From Flavobacteriaceae bacterium (lineage in GTDB: Bacteria > Bacteroidota > Bacteroidia > Flavobacteriales > Flavobacteriaceae), in contig JANTFO010000001.1 in assembly GCA_024763365.1 (NCBI GenBank), positions 14,241 through 78,240 on the forward strand: DNA of 64,000 nucleotides, written 5' to 3'. A program made the position numbers and the translations under genes. Positions 16,774-26,099 of this stretch are shown here, one piece after another (positions within the stretch are counted from its first letter, which is position 1; every line of letters begins with the position of its first letter). The notes under the pieces were generated by a model. It made no database searches and was not told the DNA's origin. It saw only the letters and a program-made list of their open reading frames with translations.

Positions 16774-19455
16774 ATGTCAGAAGAACAAAAAAATAACAAC
16801 GAAAAACAACAGTTTCCTTCCCAAGAGGAAAACACGCAACAAGAGACCATCACCCGTGTAACAGGAATGTACCGTGAGTGGTTTTTGGATTACGCCTCCT
16901 ATGTTATTTTAGAACGTGCCGTGCCTTCCATCTATGATGGATTCAAGCCGGTGCAACGCCGTATCATGCAGTCTATGAAGGATTTAGATGATGGCCGGTA
17001 TAACAAAGTGGCCAATCTCGTAGGGCATACCATGCAATACCACCCTCATGGTGATGCCAGTATTGGAGATGCGATGGTACAATTGGGACAGAAAGACCTG
17101 TTAATTGACACACAGGGTAACTGGGGAAATATACTTACCGGAGACAGTGCGGCGGCACCCAGATATATAGAGGCACGACTATCCAAATTTGCGCTGGATG
17201 TCGTTTTTAATCCTAAAACAACCGAATGGCAGGCTACCTATGATGGCCGTAAAAAAGAACCCATCAACCTGCCGGTAAAATTTCCACTCTTATTGGCTCA
17301 GGGCGTGGAAGGAATTGCTGTTGGGCTTTCAACTAAAATTTTACCACACAATTTTGTGGAGTTGATAGATGCCGCGATCAAATATTTAAAAGGAAAATCA
17401 TTTCAAATATATCCCGATTTTGAAACGGCCGGTATCGCCGATGTAAGTGATTACAAACAAGGAAAAAGAGGCGGCAGGGTAAGAGTACGAGCCAGAATAA
17501 GTCAACTGGACAAGAATACTTTAGTTATTAATGAGATACCCTATGGGACAAATACTTCCTCCTTGATAGACAGTATTTTAAAAGCTAATGAGAAGAAAAA
17601 GATCAAGATCAGTAGAGTAGAAGACAATACAGCGGCAGAAGTGGAAATTTTAGTGTATTTGCCTTCCGGTGTGTCACCCGATAAGATGATTGATGCCTTG
17701 TATGCTTTTACCGATTGCGAGATCTCTATTTCACCCATTTGTTGTGTGATTGAGGATAACAAACCGCTGTTTATCAATGTGAATGAAGCATTGAAAAAGT
17801 CGACGGACCATACGGTTTATCTTTTGAAGAGTGAATTGGAAATTTCTTTGGATGAATTACAAGAACAATGGCATTTTGCTTCTTTGGAGCGTATTTTTAT
17901 TGAAAACAGAATCTATCGTGATATTGAAGAAGAAACTACCTGGAAAGGGGTCATTAAAGCTATTGACAAGGGATTAAAACCGCATATCAAACATTTAAAA
18001 CGTGCTGTAACAGAAGAAGATATCGTGCGCTTAACAGAAATCAGGATCAAAAGAATCTCAAAATTTGACTTGGATAAAGCCAAACAGTACATCGAGTCCT
18101 TAGAAGAAAAAATTGCTCAGGTAAAAGAGAATTTATCCAAGCTGACCGAATATGCTATTGATTACTTCAGAAACCTGAAAACCAAATACGGCAAAGAACG
18201 CAAACGTAAAACAGAATTGCGTGCATTTGAGAATATCGAAGCGACCAAAGTGGTGATCAAGAACACAAAGTTGTATGTAAACAGGGAAGAAGGGTTCATT
18301 GGTACTGCCTTGAAAAAAGACGAGTTTGTCGCAGATTGTGCCGATATTGACGATGTGATTATTTTTCGACAGGATGGGGTGATGCAGGTAACCAAAGTAG
18401 ATGATAAAACTTTTGTCGGAAAAGACATCATTCACGTAGCGGTATTTAAAAAGAATGATAAGCGTACTATTTATAATATGGTGTACCGTGACGGAAAGGG
18501 TGGTGCCAGTTATATGAAGCGTTTTTATGTGTCGGGTGTAACGCGTGATAAAGCCTATGATCTGACCAATGGAAAACCCAATTCATCAGTCTTGTATTTT
18601 ACGGCCAATCCCAATGGGGAAGCAGAAGTGGTTACCGTTCACCTGCGTGCCCTGGGCAATATAAAAAAATTGAAATGGGATATTGACTTTGCCGATCTGG
18701 CCGTTAAGAGCAGGGCGGTCAAAGGCAATTTGGTGACCAAGAAATCAGTCAAGAAAATAGAATTGAAAGAAGAAGGCGTGTCTACACTCAAACCCCGTAA
18801 GATATGGTATGATGATAGTGTGATGCGCATCAATGTGGAAGAAAGAGGAGAACTCATAGGTGAGTTCAAGCCCAAAGACCGCTTGTTGATTATCAACCAA
18901 CATGGCAATTTAAAAACAGTCATCCCTGATTTGAACATGCATTTTGAGGAAGATATGATCATACTCGAAAAATGGCTGCCCAATAAGCCCATCACTACGG
19001 TGTATTACGACGGCAAAAGAGAAAAATATTATCTCAAACGCTTTCTGGTTGAAAATCCTGACAAACTAGAAGTGATCATTTCCGACCATCCTAAATCACA
19101 ACTAGAATTAGTAGTCACGGACTATCGCCCCATGGTTGAAGTAGTTTTTAGTAAGAGAAATGCGACACCCTTGATCATCAATGCTGAAGAGTTTATTGAT
19201 ATCAAAGGTATCAACGCATTAGGGAATCAAGTGACAAAAGAAAAAGTAAAACAGATCAATGCCTTGGAACCCCTGGAATATACAGAACCAGATGTTAGCA
19301 ATATGGAAGTAACAGAAGAGGAGATTGCGACTCCAAAACCCGAGATGTCAAAAGAAGCAGAAAAACCTGATACGACCCCTCAAAAAGAAAAAAAAGAGGA
19401 AGAAGACCAGAATCCCGGAGAGGTAGATGATACCGGGCAGATTTCTTTGTTTTAA
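16774..19455 (+). CDS. parC: DNA topoisomerase IV subunit A
   Basis: 893 aa. The N-terminal GyrA/ParC breakage-reunion domain (PVQRRIM..., HPHGD, AAPRYIEARL) is followed by a divergent C-terminal domain and an acidic tail. Confidence 0.85.
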   Translation: MSEEQKNNNEKQQFPSQEENTQQETITRVTGMYREWFLDYASYVILERAVPSIYDGFKPVQRRIMQSMKDLDDGRYNKVANLVGHTMQYHPHGDASIGDAMVQLGQKDLLIDTQGNWGNILTGDSAAAPRYIEARLSKFALDVVFNPKTTEWQATYDGRKKEPINLPVKFPLLLAQGVEGIAVGLSTKILPHNFVELIDAAIKYLKGKSFQIYPDFETAGIADVSDYKQGKRGGRVRVRARISQLDKNTLVINEIPYGTNTSSLIDSILKANEKKKIKISRVEDNTAAEVEILVYLPSGVSPDKMIDALYAFTDCEISISPICCVIEDNKPLFINVNEALKKSTDHTVYLLKSELEISLDELQEQWHFASLERIFIENRIYRDIEEETTWKGVIKAIDKGLKPHIKHLKRAVTEEDIVRLTEIRIKRISKFDLDKAKQYIESLEEKIAQVKENLSKLTEYAIDYFRNLKTKYGKERKRKTELRAFENIEATKVVIKNTKLYVNREEGFIGTALKKDEFVADCADIDDVIIFRQDGVMQVTKVDDKTFVGKDIIHVAVFKKNDKRTIYNMVYRDGKGGASYMKRFYVSGVTRDKAYDLTNGKPNSSVLYFTANPNGEAEVVTVHLRALGNIKKLKWDIDFADLAVKSRAVKGNLVTKKSVKKIELKEEGVSTLKPRKIWYDDSVMRINVEERGELIGEFKPKDRLLIINQHGNLKTVIPDLNMHFEEDMIILEKWLPNKPITTVYYDGKREKYYLKRFLVENPDKLEVIISDHPKSQLELVVTDYRPMVEVVFSKRNATPLIINAEEFIDIKGINALGNQVTKEKVKQINALEPLEYTEPDVSNMEVTEEEIATPKPEMSKEAEKPDTTPQKEKKEEEDQNPGEVDDTGQISLF

Positions 19456-19572
19456 CCAATATCTTCAGTTTTGATAGTAACTGACTATTGACTAATTTTG
19501 CTTGAACAATGAAAAATAGGCCGAAAAATGCTTGAAATTCACCCTGAAAAGACTTAAAAGCAACTGAACCGG

Positions 19573-20097
19573 ATGGAAATACAAATCATCAAATCAAAAA
19601 TAACTATTATCAGGGGTGCTAAAGTATTACTTGACAGAGATCTTGCAGAACTTTATGGTGTTGAAACCAGAGTACTCAAGCAAGCCGTAAGACGGAATAT
19701 AAAGCGCTTTCCCGAAGATTTTATGTTTCAACTAACCAAAGAAGAACTCACTAATTGGAGATCACAAAATGTGATGTCCAAAGCTGACAAAATGGGATTG
19801 CGCTACCCACCATTTGCCTTTACAGAGCAAGGTGTAGCTATGTTATCCAGTGTGCTCAATAGCGATAAAGCCATAGATGTAAACATTTCTATTATGCGGG
19901 CATTTGTCTTACTAAGGCAACATCTTTCTGACTACAAAGACTTAAAAGAACAGATAGCCAAGCTCGAAAAAGAGATGAACATTAAATTCAAAGACATACA
20001 CCAGGCACTTAACTATTTGTTAGAAAAAGACAAAGCAGTACTTACCTACGAAAACAGAGAACGCATAGGTTTTAAAACAGGAAAAAGCAAAAAATAA
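19573..20097 (+). CDS. ORF6N (KilA-N-like) domain-containing protein
   Basis: 174 aa. IRGAKVLLDRDLAELYGVETRVLKQAVRRNIKRFPEDFMFQLTKEE...PPFAFTEQGVAMLSSVLNS matches the ORF6N domain often found embedded in Bacteroidota restriction-modification loci. Confidence 0.8.
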   Translation: MEIQIIKSKITIIRGAKVLLDRDLAELYGVETRVLKQAVRRNIKRFPEDFMFQLTKEELTNWRSQNVMSKADKMGLRYPPFAFTEQGVAMLSSVLNSDKAIDVNISIMRAFVLLRQHLSDYKDLKEQIAKLEKEMNIKFKDIHQALNYLLEKDKAVLTYENRERIGFKTGKSKK

Positions 20098-20198
20098 ATG
20101 GCTAAGAAAAAACCAACTAAAAGCGCTATTTTTTCCAACGCTCAAAGATTGCATGTATTTTTGAGTTTTAAAAAGTAATAAAAAGGAATTAACCATAT

Positions 20199-20393
20199 AT
20201 GTTTGAACAAGTATTTAAAAATATAGACGATATACTGCATAAAGACGCAGGTTGCGGAAGCGAATTAGATTATGTAGAGCAAACCTCGTGGGTTTTGTTT
20301 CTGAAATATCTTGACGATTTAGAAAAAGACAAAGAAACTGCCGCCCGTCCGGCAGGTGGGTTGGCAAGTCGCATAGGTAACCTGAAAAAGTAG
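20199..20393 (+). pseudogene. N-terminal stub of a type I restriction-modification methyltransferase (HsdM-like)
   Basis: MFEQVFKNIDDILHKDAGCGSELDYVEQTSWVLFLKYLDDLEKDKETAA looks like the HsdM N-terminal domain for about 47 residues. It then runs into unrelated G+C-rich sequence and stops at 64 aa. There is no methylase catalytic domain, hsdS or hsdR nearby. Confidence 0.6.
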
Positions 20394-20450
20394 TGCCTTG
20401 AGATCCCACAAGACATCATACACACTTGTCTTTAATCGTTTATACCAACC

Positions 20451-21752
20451 CTACAACTCATTAGCCTTATTGGCATCCAGCCTTATAAAAATAAAAAGCA
20501 GCAAGGTAAATCCCCATAATGACGAGCCGCCATAGCTAAAGAATGGAAGTGGGATGCCTACCGTAGGTAGCAGGTCTAAGACCATCCCTATATTGATCAC
20601 AAAATGTACAAATAAGATAGCGGCGACACTATAGCCGAATATCCGGCTAAAATCAGATTTTTGTTGTTCGGCTTTTTGTAAAACCCTTAGGATAAGAAGC
20701 AAAAAGAGTACAATCACCAGCGTGCTTCCCCAAAAGCCGAATTCTTCTCCAATGGTACTGAAAATATAGTCGGTATGTTGCTCAGGTACGAATTTTCCAT
20801 TGGTACGATCACCTTCCAAAAAACCTTTACCGCTAAATCCCCCGGAAGCTATCGTCTTAATAGATTGATCGTTATTAAAACCAAAACTTTGTTTGAGTTC
20901 TCTTATCTTTTCAGGATTGTTTTCCATCCTAAGCCACAGCTCCAATCTATCACGATGGTGTTGTTTCAAGACTTTTTTATAAAAAAGATTACTACTCACT
21001 ACGATTCCTGCTAAGAGTACAAATGACAAGATAATAATGTGCCAATATTTTCTTATAAAAAGCGGTTCTCGACGCGTAGCAAAAAAGTAGAAGCTGATCA
21101 GTAACAAAAAGGAGAGTATAAGGGTATAGGTGATGCCTATTTTTATAGTGGCAATAAATAAAAGGATCAAGCCCAATAAGGCATAAAAGATATTTACAGG
21201 AAATCCTTCTCTTAAAAAGACAAAAATAAAGGCAAAATAGATCAATGCTGAACCAAAATCGGGTTGTAGTAAAATAAGGATAAATGGAATGACTAACACG
21301 ATCAATACATTCTTAAAATCTGCAATCTTTTTAATGTCAAACATTTTATCACTCATGATCTTTGAAACAGCCAAGGCGGTGGTAAGTTTCATAAATTCAG
21401 AAGGTTGGAGTGTAAAAGTGCCAAAGGTGTACCAGGCAGTCTGCCCGTTAATGCTTTTGCCAAATAGGAATAAACCCACTAATGATAGGATCGATAAAAT
21501 GTAGAATATAGAGGCAAAGCGTTCATAAAAGCCTGCATCAATAGCTAAGACTACAACAATGAGAATGAGACTCAGTAAGATGAAAAATAGCTGTTTGCCG
21601 TAATTTGTCGTCAAATTTAGCAGGCTGTCGGCATCCATTTGAAATGTGGTAGCATAAATACTTATCCAACCCAATAATACGAGTATCAGGTATAGTAATA
21701 CCAGGCCCCAGTCCAATTGAGAAATAACCGTTTTTTTATTGCTCAGTCTCAT
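20451..21752 (-). CDS. rodA: rod shape-determining protein RodA (SEDS family)
   Basis: 433 aa, polytopic, FtsW/RodA/SpoVE-like (...PSEFMKL..., ...PFFSYGGSS...). Lies downstream of mrdA. Confidence 0.9.
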   Translation of the reverse strand: MRLSNKKTVISQLDWGLVLLYLILVLLGWISIYATTFQMDADSLLNLTTNYGKQLFFILLSLILIVVVLAIDAGFYERFASIFYILSILSLVGLFLFGKSINGQTAWYTFGTFTLQPSEFMKLTTALAVSKIMSDKMFDIKKIADFKNVLIVLVIPFILILLQPDFGSALIYFAFIFVFLREGFPVNIFYALLGLILLFIATIKIGITYTLILSFLLLISFYFFATRREPLFIRKYWHIIILSFVLLAGIVVSSNLFYKKVLKQHHRDRLELWLRMENNPEKIRELKQSFGFNNDQSIKTIASGGFSGKGFLEGDRTNGKFVPEQHTDYIFSTIGEEFGFWGSTLVIVLFLLLILRVLQKAEQQKSDFSRIFGYSVAAILFVHFVINIGMVLDLLPTVGIPLPFFSYGGSSLWGFTLLLFIFIRLDANKANEL

Positions 21753-23631
21753 CCGGATGTATCAATTTAAAGTATTTGTCATAGGCCTCCTCATAAAGAT
21801 TTATGTCTTTGATCCGCTGCTCTCTATAAGTGTTTTTTATATGGCGGTTGAGATACTTTTCGATTAGTAAACTCGAAATAGGCGCTGCAATCCTGGACCC
21901 AAATCCGCCATTCTCAATAAATACAGCCAGGGCAATTTTAGGTTCGTCTTTAGGGGCAAATGCAATAAAAATAGAATGGTCCGCTAAGGCGATTTTCTCA
22001 CCGTCAACTAAAATAAAATTCTCTACAGTACCCGTTTTTCCGCAGATGCTAATACCGGGAACTTGTGAGTAGTATGCCGTACCTCCTTTTTGCTCAAAGA
22101 CTTTATGCATACCTTCTACTACAATTTCAAAATATTCACGATCTATTCCGGTCTCATTTTTATCTATATATTTTGGATTGTCAATGGCTTGGCCGTCAAT
22201 CTTTTTCACTATATGAGGGGTTATGTAATAGCCTCTATTGGCTATGGTAGCCGTAAGGTTGGCCAATTGGATAGGGGTGGTTAATACTTCACCCTGGCCA
22301 ATAGCATTGGAAATGGTATAGGAGGCCCTCCATCTATTTTCAGGATAATAACGGTTGTAAAAATCTGCATCAGGAATGAGGCCTTTCTGGCCTACCGGTA
22401 GGTCATAACCCAGATAATTACCCAAGCCGAATTTTTTGATGGTATGGCTCCAGTTGTCCATCCCTTCAGCTGTCGTCGGATATTTTTCGATTACTTTTTT
22501 GTAAGAATCTGCAAAATAAGAATTACAGGATTTGAATATGGCTTGCTCTAATTTAAGAGCGCTCCCATGAGAGCCACAGTGACAATGCATAAAATTGTCA
22601 GCAGCTGCGCCATATTTATAACCACCGTAGCACCTTATTTTTGTGTTTGTGTCAATGACGCCTTCTTGAAGGGCTACCAAGGCATTAACCATCTTAAAAG
22701 TTGATCCCGGTGAATACTGCGCTTGCAAACTCCTGTCAAAGAGCGGTTTATTAATGCTGTCGTAATATAATTTGTTGAAATTTTTAGATCGCTCTCTACC
22801 TACCATCAAATTAGGATCATAACTGGGTGCCGTGGCTAAAGCTAAAATTTCACCGGTTGCCGGTTCTATAGCAACGATGCCACCTCTTTTATGGACCAGC
22901 AAGGATTCTGCATAACGCTGTAATTCAATATCAATGCTTAGTTCAAGATCTTTTCCGGGGGCAGAGAGTGTGTCAAATTTCCCCTCTTTGTAAGAACCAA
23001 TTATTTGATTGTAGATGTTTCTTTTTAAAAACTTAACACCTTTTGTTCCCCTCAGTACATTTTCATATTGTTTTTCAACTCCTTGGGTACCTATTAGTTC
23101 TCCTTGTTGGTAGTAGGGATTGCGCTTGGCCTTTTCTTCGTTGACTTCGCTAATATAACCCAACACATTGGCAGCTGCTTGAATAGGATAATGCCGCAAC
23201 ATACGCTTTTGGATATAAAATCCTTTGTATCTGAACATTTTTTCTTGTAGCGCAGCATAGTCAAATTTGGAAAGTTGTTGTAAAAATATGGAGGGTAAAC
23301 GCGGTGAATACCTTTTTGCTTTTTCGATTTTTTTTATAAAATAATCTTTATCTATGGAGAGTAATTTGCAAAATTCTAAAGTGTCTAAATTCTCAAGTTC
23401 CCTGGGGATGACCATAATATCGTATGATACTTGGTTGGCCACCAATAGTTTGCCATTTCTATCGTAAATAAGACCACGCTGAGGATAGTCAAATTCTGTT
23501 TTGATCGTAGCACTATGTAAAGGATTATCACGAAATGTATCATCAATAATTTGCAGGTAAAATAACCTGAAAATAAAAATGATACCACTAAAAACAGTGA
23601 GTATTACAAGTATGTACGTATTCTTACGCAT
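21736..23631 (-). CDS. mrdA: penicillin-binding protein 2
   Basis: 631 aa with an N-terminal anchor and the transpeptidase motifs STFK, SCN and KTGT. Sits within the mre operon. Confidence 0.9.
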   Translation of the reverse strand: MRKNTYILVILTVFSGIIFIFRLFYLQIIDDTFRDNPLHSATIKTEFDYPQRGLIYDRNGKLLVANQVSYDIMVIPRELENLDTLEFCKLLSIDKDYFIKKIEKAKRYSPRLPSIFLQQLSKFDYAALQEKMFRYKGFYIQKRMLRHYPIQAAANVLGYISEVNEEKAKRNPYYQQGELIGTQGVEKQYENVLRGTKGVKFLKRNIYNQIIGSYKEGKFDTLSAPGKDLELSIDIELQRYAESLLVHKRGGIVAIEPATGEILALATAPSYDPNLMVGRERSKNFNKLYYDSINKPLFDRSLQAQYSPGSTFKMVNALVALQEGVIDTNTKIRCYGGYKYGAAADNFMHCHCGSHGSALKLEQAIFKSCNSYFADSYKKVIEKYPTTAEGMDNWSHTIKKFGLGNYLGYDLPVGQKGLIPDADFYNRYYPENRWRASYTISNAIGQGEVLTTPIQLANLTATIANRGYYITPHIVKKIDGQAIDNPKYIDKNETGIDREYFEIVVEGMHKVFEQKGGTAYYSQVPGISICGKTGTVENFILVDGEKIALADHSIFIAFAPKDEPKIALAVFIENGGFGSRIAAPISSLLIEKYLNRHIKNTYREQRIKDINLYEEAYDKYFKLIHPDETEQ

Positions 23632-24139
23632 TGGATTTTCCTTTCAAAAAGAATTGAAATCCAAAAATAATTAAAACTATAGTAAATATGGATGTTAAAA
23701 ATGTTTTTAACAAGAGTTTCCCAAAAAGATGGAAAGAAAATTGCTCCATGAAAAAGAGTAAGAAATGATGTATAAGCGTCAACAGGATTACCCACAAAAA
23801 TTGCAAACTTGTTGACACATCGGTAATACTATGTATTTCTTTGTCAAAATCTATTTTGTTGGTCAAAATTCTAAGAAAACCTACTCTAATGTAAATAATG
23901 AATACAAGGGCAAATGTATGTATACCACCTTCATTAGTGACAGAATCTAAAAACAGCCCCATTAAAAAACCTAAGATTAGAAGCGTATTTTCATTATCCC
24001 TGATAGGAAATACAAAAACAAAAATAATGTAAATGTAAGGGTTGATATAACCCAAGAAATGAATGTGATTAAAGACTGTAATTTGCAATAGTGGCAACAA
24101 AATAAACAACAATCCATATGTGCGTATGTCTTTATTCAT
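23624..24139 (-). CDS. mreD: rod shape-determining protein MreD
   Basis: 171 aa multi-pass membrane protein between mreC and mrdA, with overlapping stop/start junctions. The call rests mainly on position. Confidence 0.7.
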   Translation of the reverse strand: MNKDIRTYGLLFILLPLLQITVFNHIHFLGYINPYIYIIFVFVFPIRDNENTLLILGFLMGLFLDSVTNEGGIHTFALVFIIYIRVGFLRILTNKIDFDKEIHSITDVSTSLQFLWVILLTLIHHFLLFFMEQFSFHLFGKLLLKTFLTSIFTIVLIIFGFQFFLKGKSNA

Positions 24140-24947
24140 TTTTGGATAAGTTTTCTAAAGATTGTTGTTCGTCTTTAAGATAGTTCTTTACAACATATAC
24201 ATGATGTAAAGCACTAAAATCTGCAAAGAAAGTGATGTCTATCTTTTCATATGATTTTTTACCCAATTTAAAATCGGAGATATATCCTATGGGAATGCCT
24301 TCCGGAAAAATAATGGATTTTCCACCACTTACAATAGTATCCCCAACTTGTATTGCTGCTTGAATGGGAAGGTCTTCCAAAACGGCCTGTTGATAATGAC
24401 CCCCATCCCAATGTAAACTTCCGTAATGATGACTCTTTTTTACTTTGGCGTTAATTTTTGACTGAACATTAAGTATGGATAAAACAGTGCTGAAATTTTC
24501 CGAGACGTTTAGTGTAATACCAACGATGCCATTCGGAAGTACTACACCCATATCTGTTTTGATACCATTGTTTTTTCCCTTGTCTAAAGTTAGTATGTTA
24601 TTTAAGCCGGTATATGGATTACTGATTACTTGAGCTGCTATATATTCATATTTAAACAGAGAGTCAATAGGAGATGCTGTAATCGGCTTATAAGTTTGGG
24701 CGCTCAACAAATTTTTAAGGCTTTCGTTTTCTTTTACCAGGTCTTTATTTTGCTTTTCTAGCGACAAATAACTGGATAAATTATGGGTCTTTTTTAAAAT
24801 GGAACCACTGATAGCATTGGCTGAATTGATAAAACTTCCCTGGTGAAAATTATGGGTTTGTATGATAAAAACTAACGCAATACTTTCCAATAAGATAAAT
24901 AACAATCCCTTTTTGTTGTTAGAGAAAAATTTATATATCTTCCACAT
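24132..24947 (-). CDS. mreC: rod shape-determining protein MreC
   Basis: 271 aa with a membrane anchor, a coiled segment and an MreC beta-domain. Lies downstream of mreB. Confidence 0.85.
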   Translation of the reverse strand: MWKIYKFFSNNKKGLLFILLESIALVFIIQTHNFHQGSFINSANAISGSILKKTHNLSSYLSLEKQNKDLVKENESLKNLLSAQTYKPITASPIDSLFKYEYIAAQVISNPYTGLNNILTLDKGKNNGIKTDMGVVLPNGIVGITLNVSENFSTVLSILNVQSKINAKVKKSHHYGSLHWDGGHYQQAVLEDLPIQAAIQVGDTIVSGGKSIIFPEGIPIGYISDFKLGKKSYEKIDITFFADFSALHHVYVVKNYLKDEQQSLENLSKNE

Positions 24948-24988
24948 GGAGTTTTGTTAGTTTCAATTAAATCACAAGTATTAAGCTT

Positions 24989-26017
24989 TTACTCAACTAA
25001 GATACCTTTATACTGTTCCAGGTCTTTGAGAACGATACCCGTACCACGTACTACAGCTCTTAGAGGATCTTCAGCTACATAAACGGGTAGGTCCGTTTTT
25101 CGAGAAAGACGTTTATCTAAACCACGTAACATAGAACCCCCACCTGCCAGGTAAATACCGGTATTGTATATGTCAGCAGCCAATTCCGGAGGTGTTTTTG
25201 ATAGGGTTTCCATAACGGCGTCTTCTATTCGTATGATAGATTTGTCAATTGCTTTGGCAACTTCACGATACGAAATTTGAATTTGTTTAGGTTTCCCACT
25301 TAACAGGTCTCTACCTTGAATATACATGTCTTCGGGTGGATTTTCCAAGTCATCGGTAGCTGCGCCTACTTGAATTTTGATCATTTCGGCGCTTCTTTCA
25401 CCTACATACAGGTTGTGTTGTGTTCTTAAATAATAGGCAATATCATTATTGAATACGTTACCGGCTACTTTTATGGATTTATCTACGACAATACCACCTA
25501 AAGCAATCACAGCAATTTCGGTGGTACCCCCACCTATATCAATAATCATGTTTCCTTTAGGTTTCATGATGTCAACGCCAATACCTACAGCGGCGGCCAT
25601 GGGTTCGTGTATCAAATACACTTCTTTACCTTTCATTTTTTCGGCAGAATTGTATACAGCTCTTTTTTCCACTTCTGTGATCCCGGAAGGAATGCAGATA
25701 ACCATACGCAGGGAAGGACTGATCAATTTTTTCTTAATAGAAGGAATCTTTTTTATAAACTCCCTAATCATCTGTTCCGAAGCATCAAAATCGGCAATTA
25801 CCCCGTCCTTTAGTGGCCAAATAGTTCTGATATTTTCATGGGTTTTGCCTTGCATCATACTGGCTTCTTTGCCAATAGCGGTGATTTTTCCGGTAGTTCT
25901 ATTTCTCGCAACTATGGATGGACTGTCAACGACCACTTTTCCATCATGAATTATGAGCGTGTTGGCAGTTCCTAGATCAATTGCGATGTCTTCAGTTAAA
26001 AAATCAAAAAATCCCAT
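24989..26017 (-). CDS. mreB: rod shape-determining protein MreB
   Basis: 342 aa actin-like ATPase (DLGTANTLI..., IDIGGGTTEIAVI...). Confidence 0.97.
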   Translation of the reverse strand: MGFFDFLTEDIAIDLGTANTLIIHDGKVVVDSPSIVARNRTTGKITAIGKEASMMQGKTHENIRTIWPLKDGVIADFDASEQMIREFIKKIPSIKKKLISPSLRMVICIPSGITEVEKRAVYNSAEKMKGKEVYLIHEPMAAAVGIGVDIMKPKGNMIIDIGGGTTEIAVIALGGIVVDKSIKVAGNVFNNDIAYYLRTQHNLYVGERSAEMIKIQVGAATDDLENPPEDMYIQGRDLLSGKPKQIQISYREVAKAIDKSIIRIEDAVMETLSKTPPELAADIYNTGIYLAGGGSMLRGLDKRLSRKTDLPVYVAEDPLRAVVRGTGIVLKDLEQYKGILVE

Positions 26018-26053
26018 TTTATAATATTATTTTGGACTCAGAAAATAAGTTTG

Positions 26054-26061
26054 CAAATTTA
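26054..26061 (-). promoter_or_regulatory. candidate -7 box (TAaaTTTG) for the mre operon
   Basis: The minus strand reads taaatttg, 37 nt upstream of the mreB ATG. No clear -33 TTG was seen. Confidence 0.3.
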
Positions 26062-26099
26062 CATAAAATATAGTTATGCTTTTAATAAGTTATTGAAAA

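Noticed and set aside
20215-20409. 64-aa ORF antisense to the HsdM-like stub.
   Set aside because: It is a mirror-frame artefact of the same segment. The + strand frame carries the recognisable HsdM N-terminal similarity.
19456-20450. The ORF6N islet as an active mobile element or prophage remnant.
   Set aside because: I could see no integrase, transposase, terminal inverted repeats or tRNA target. Only the ORF6N gene is intact, so I report it as a decayed restriction-modification locus instead.
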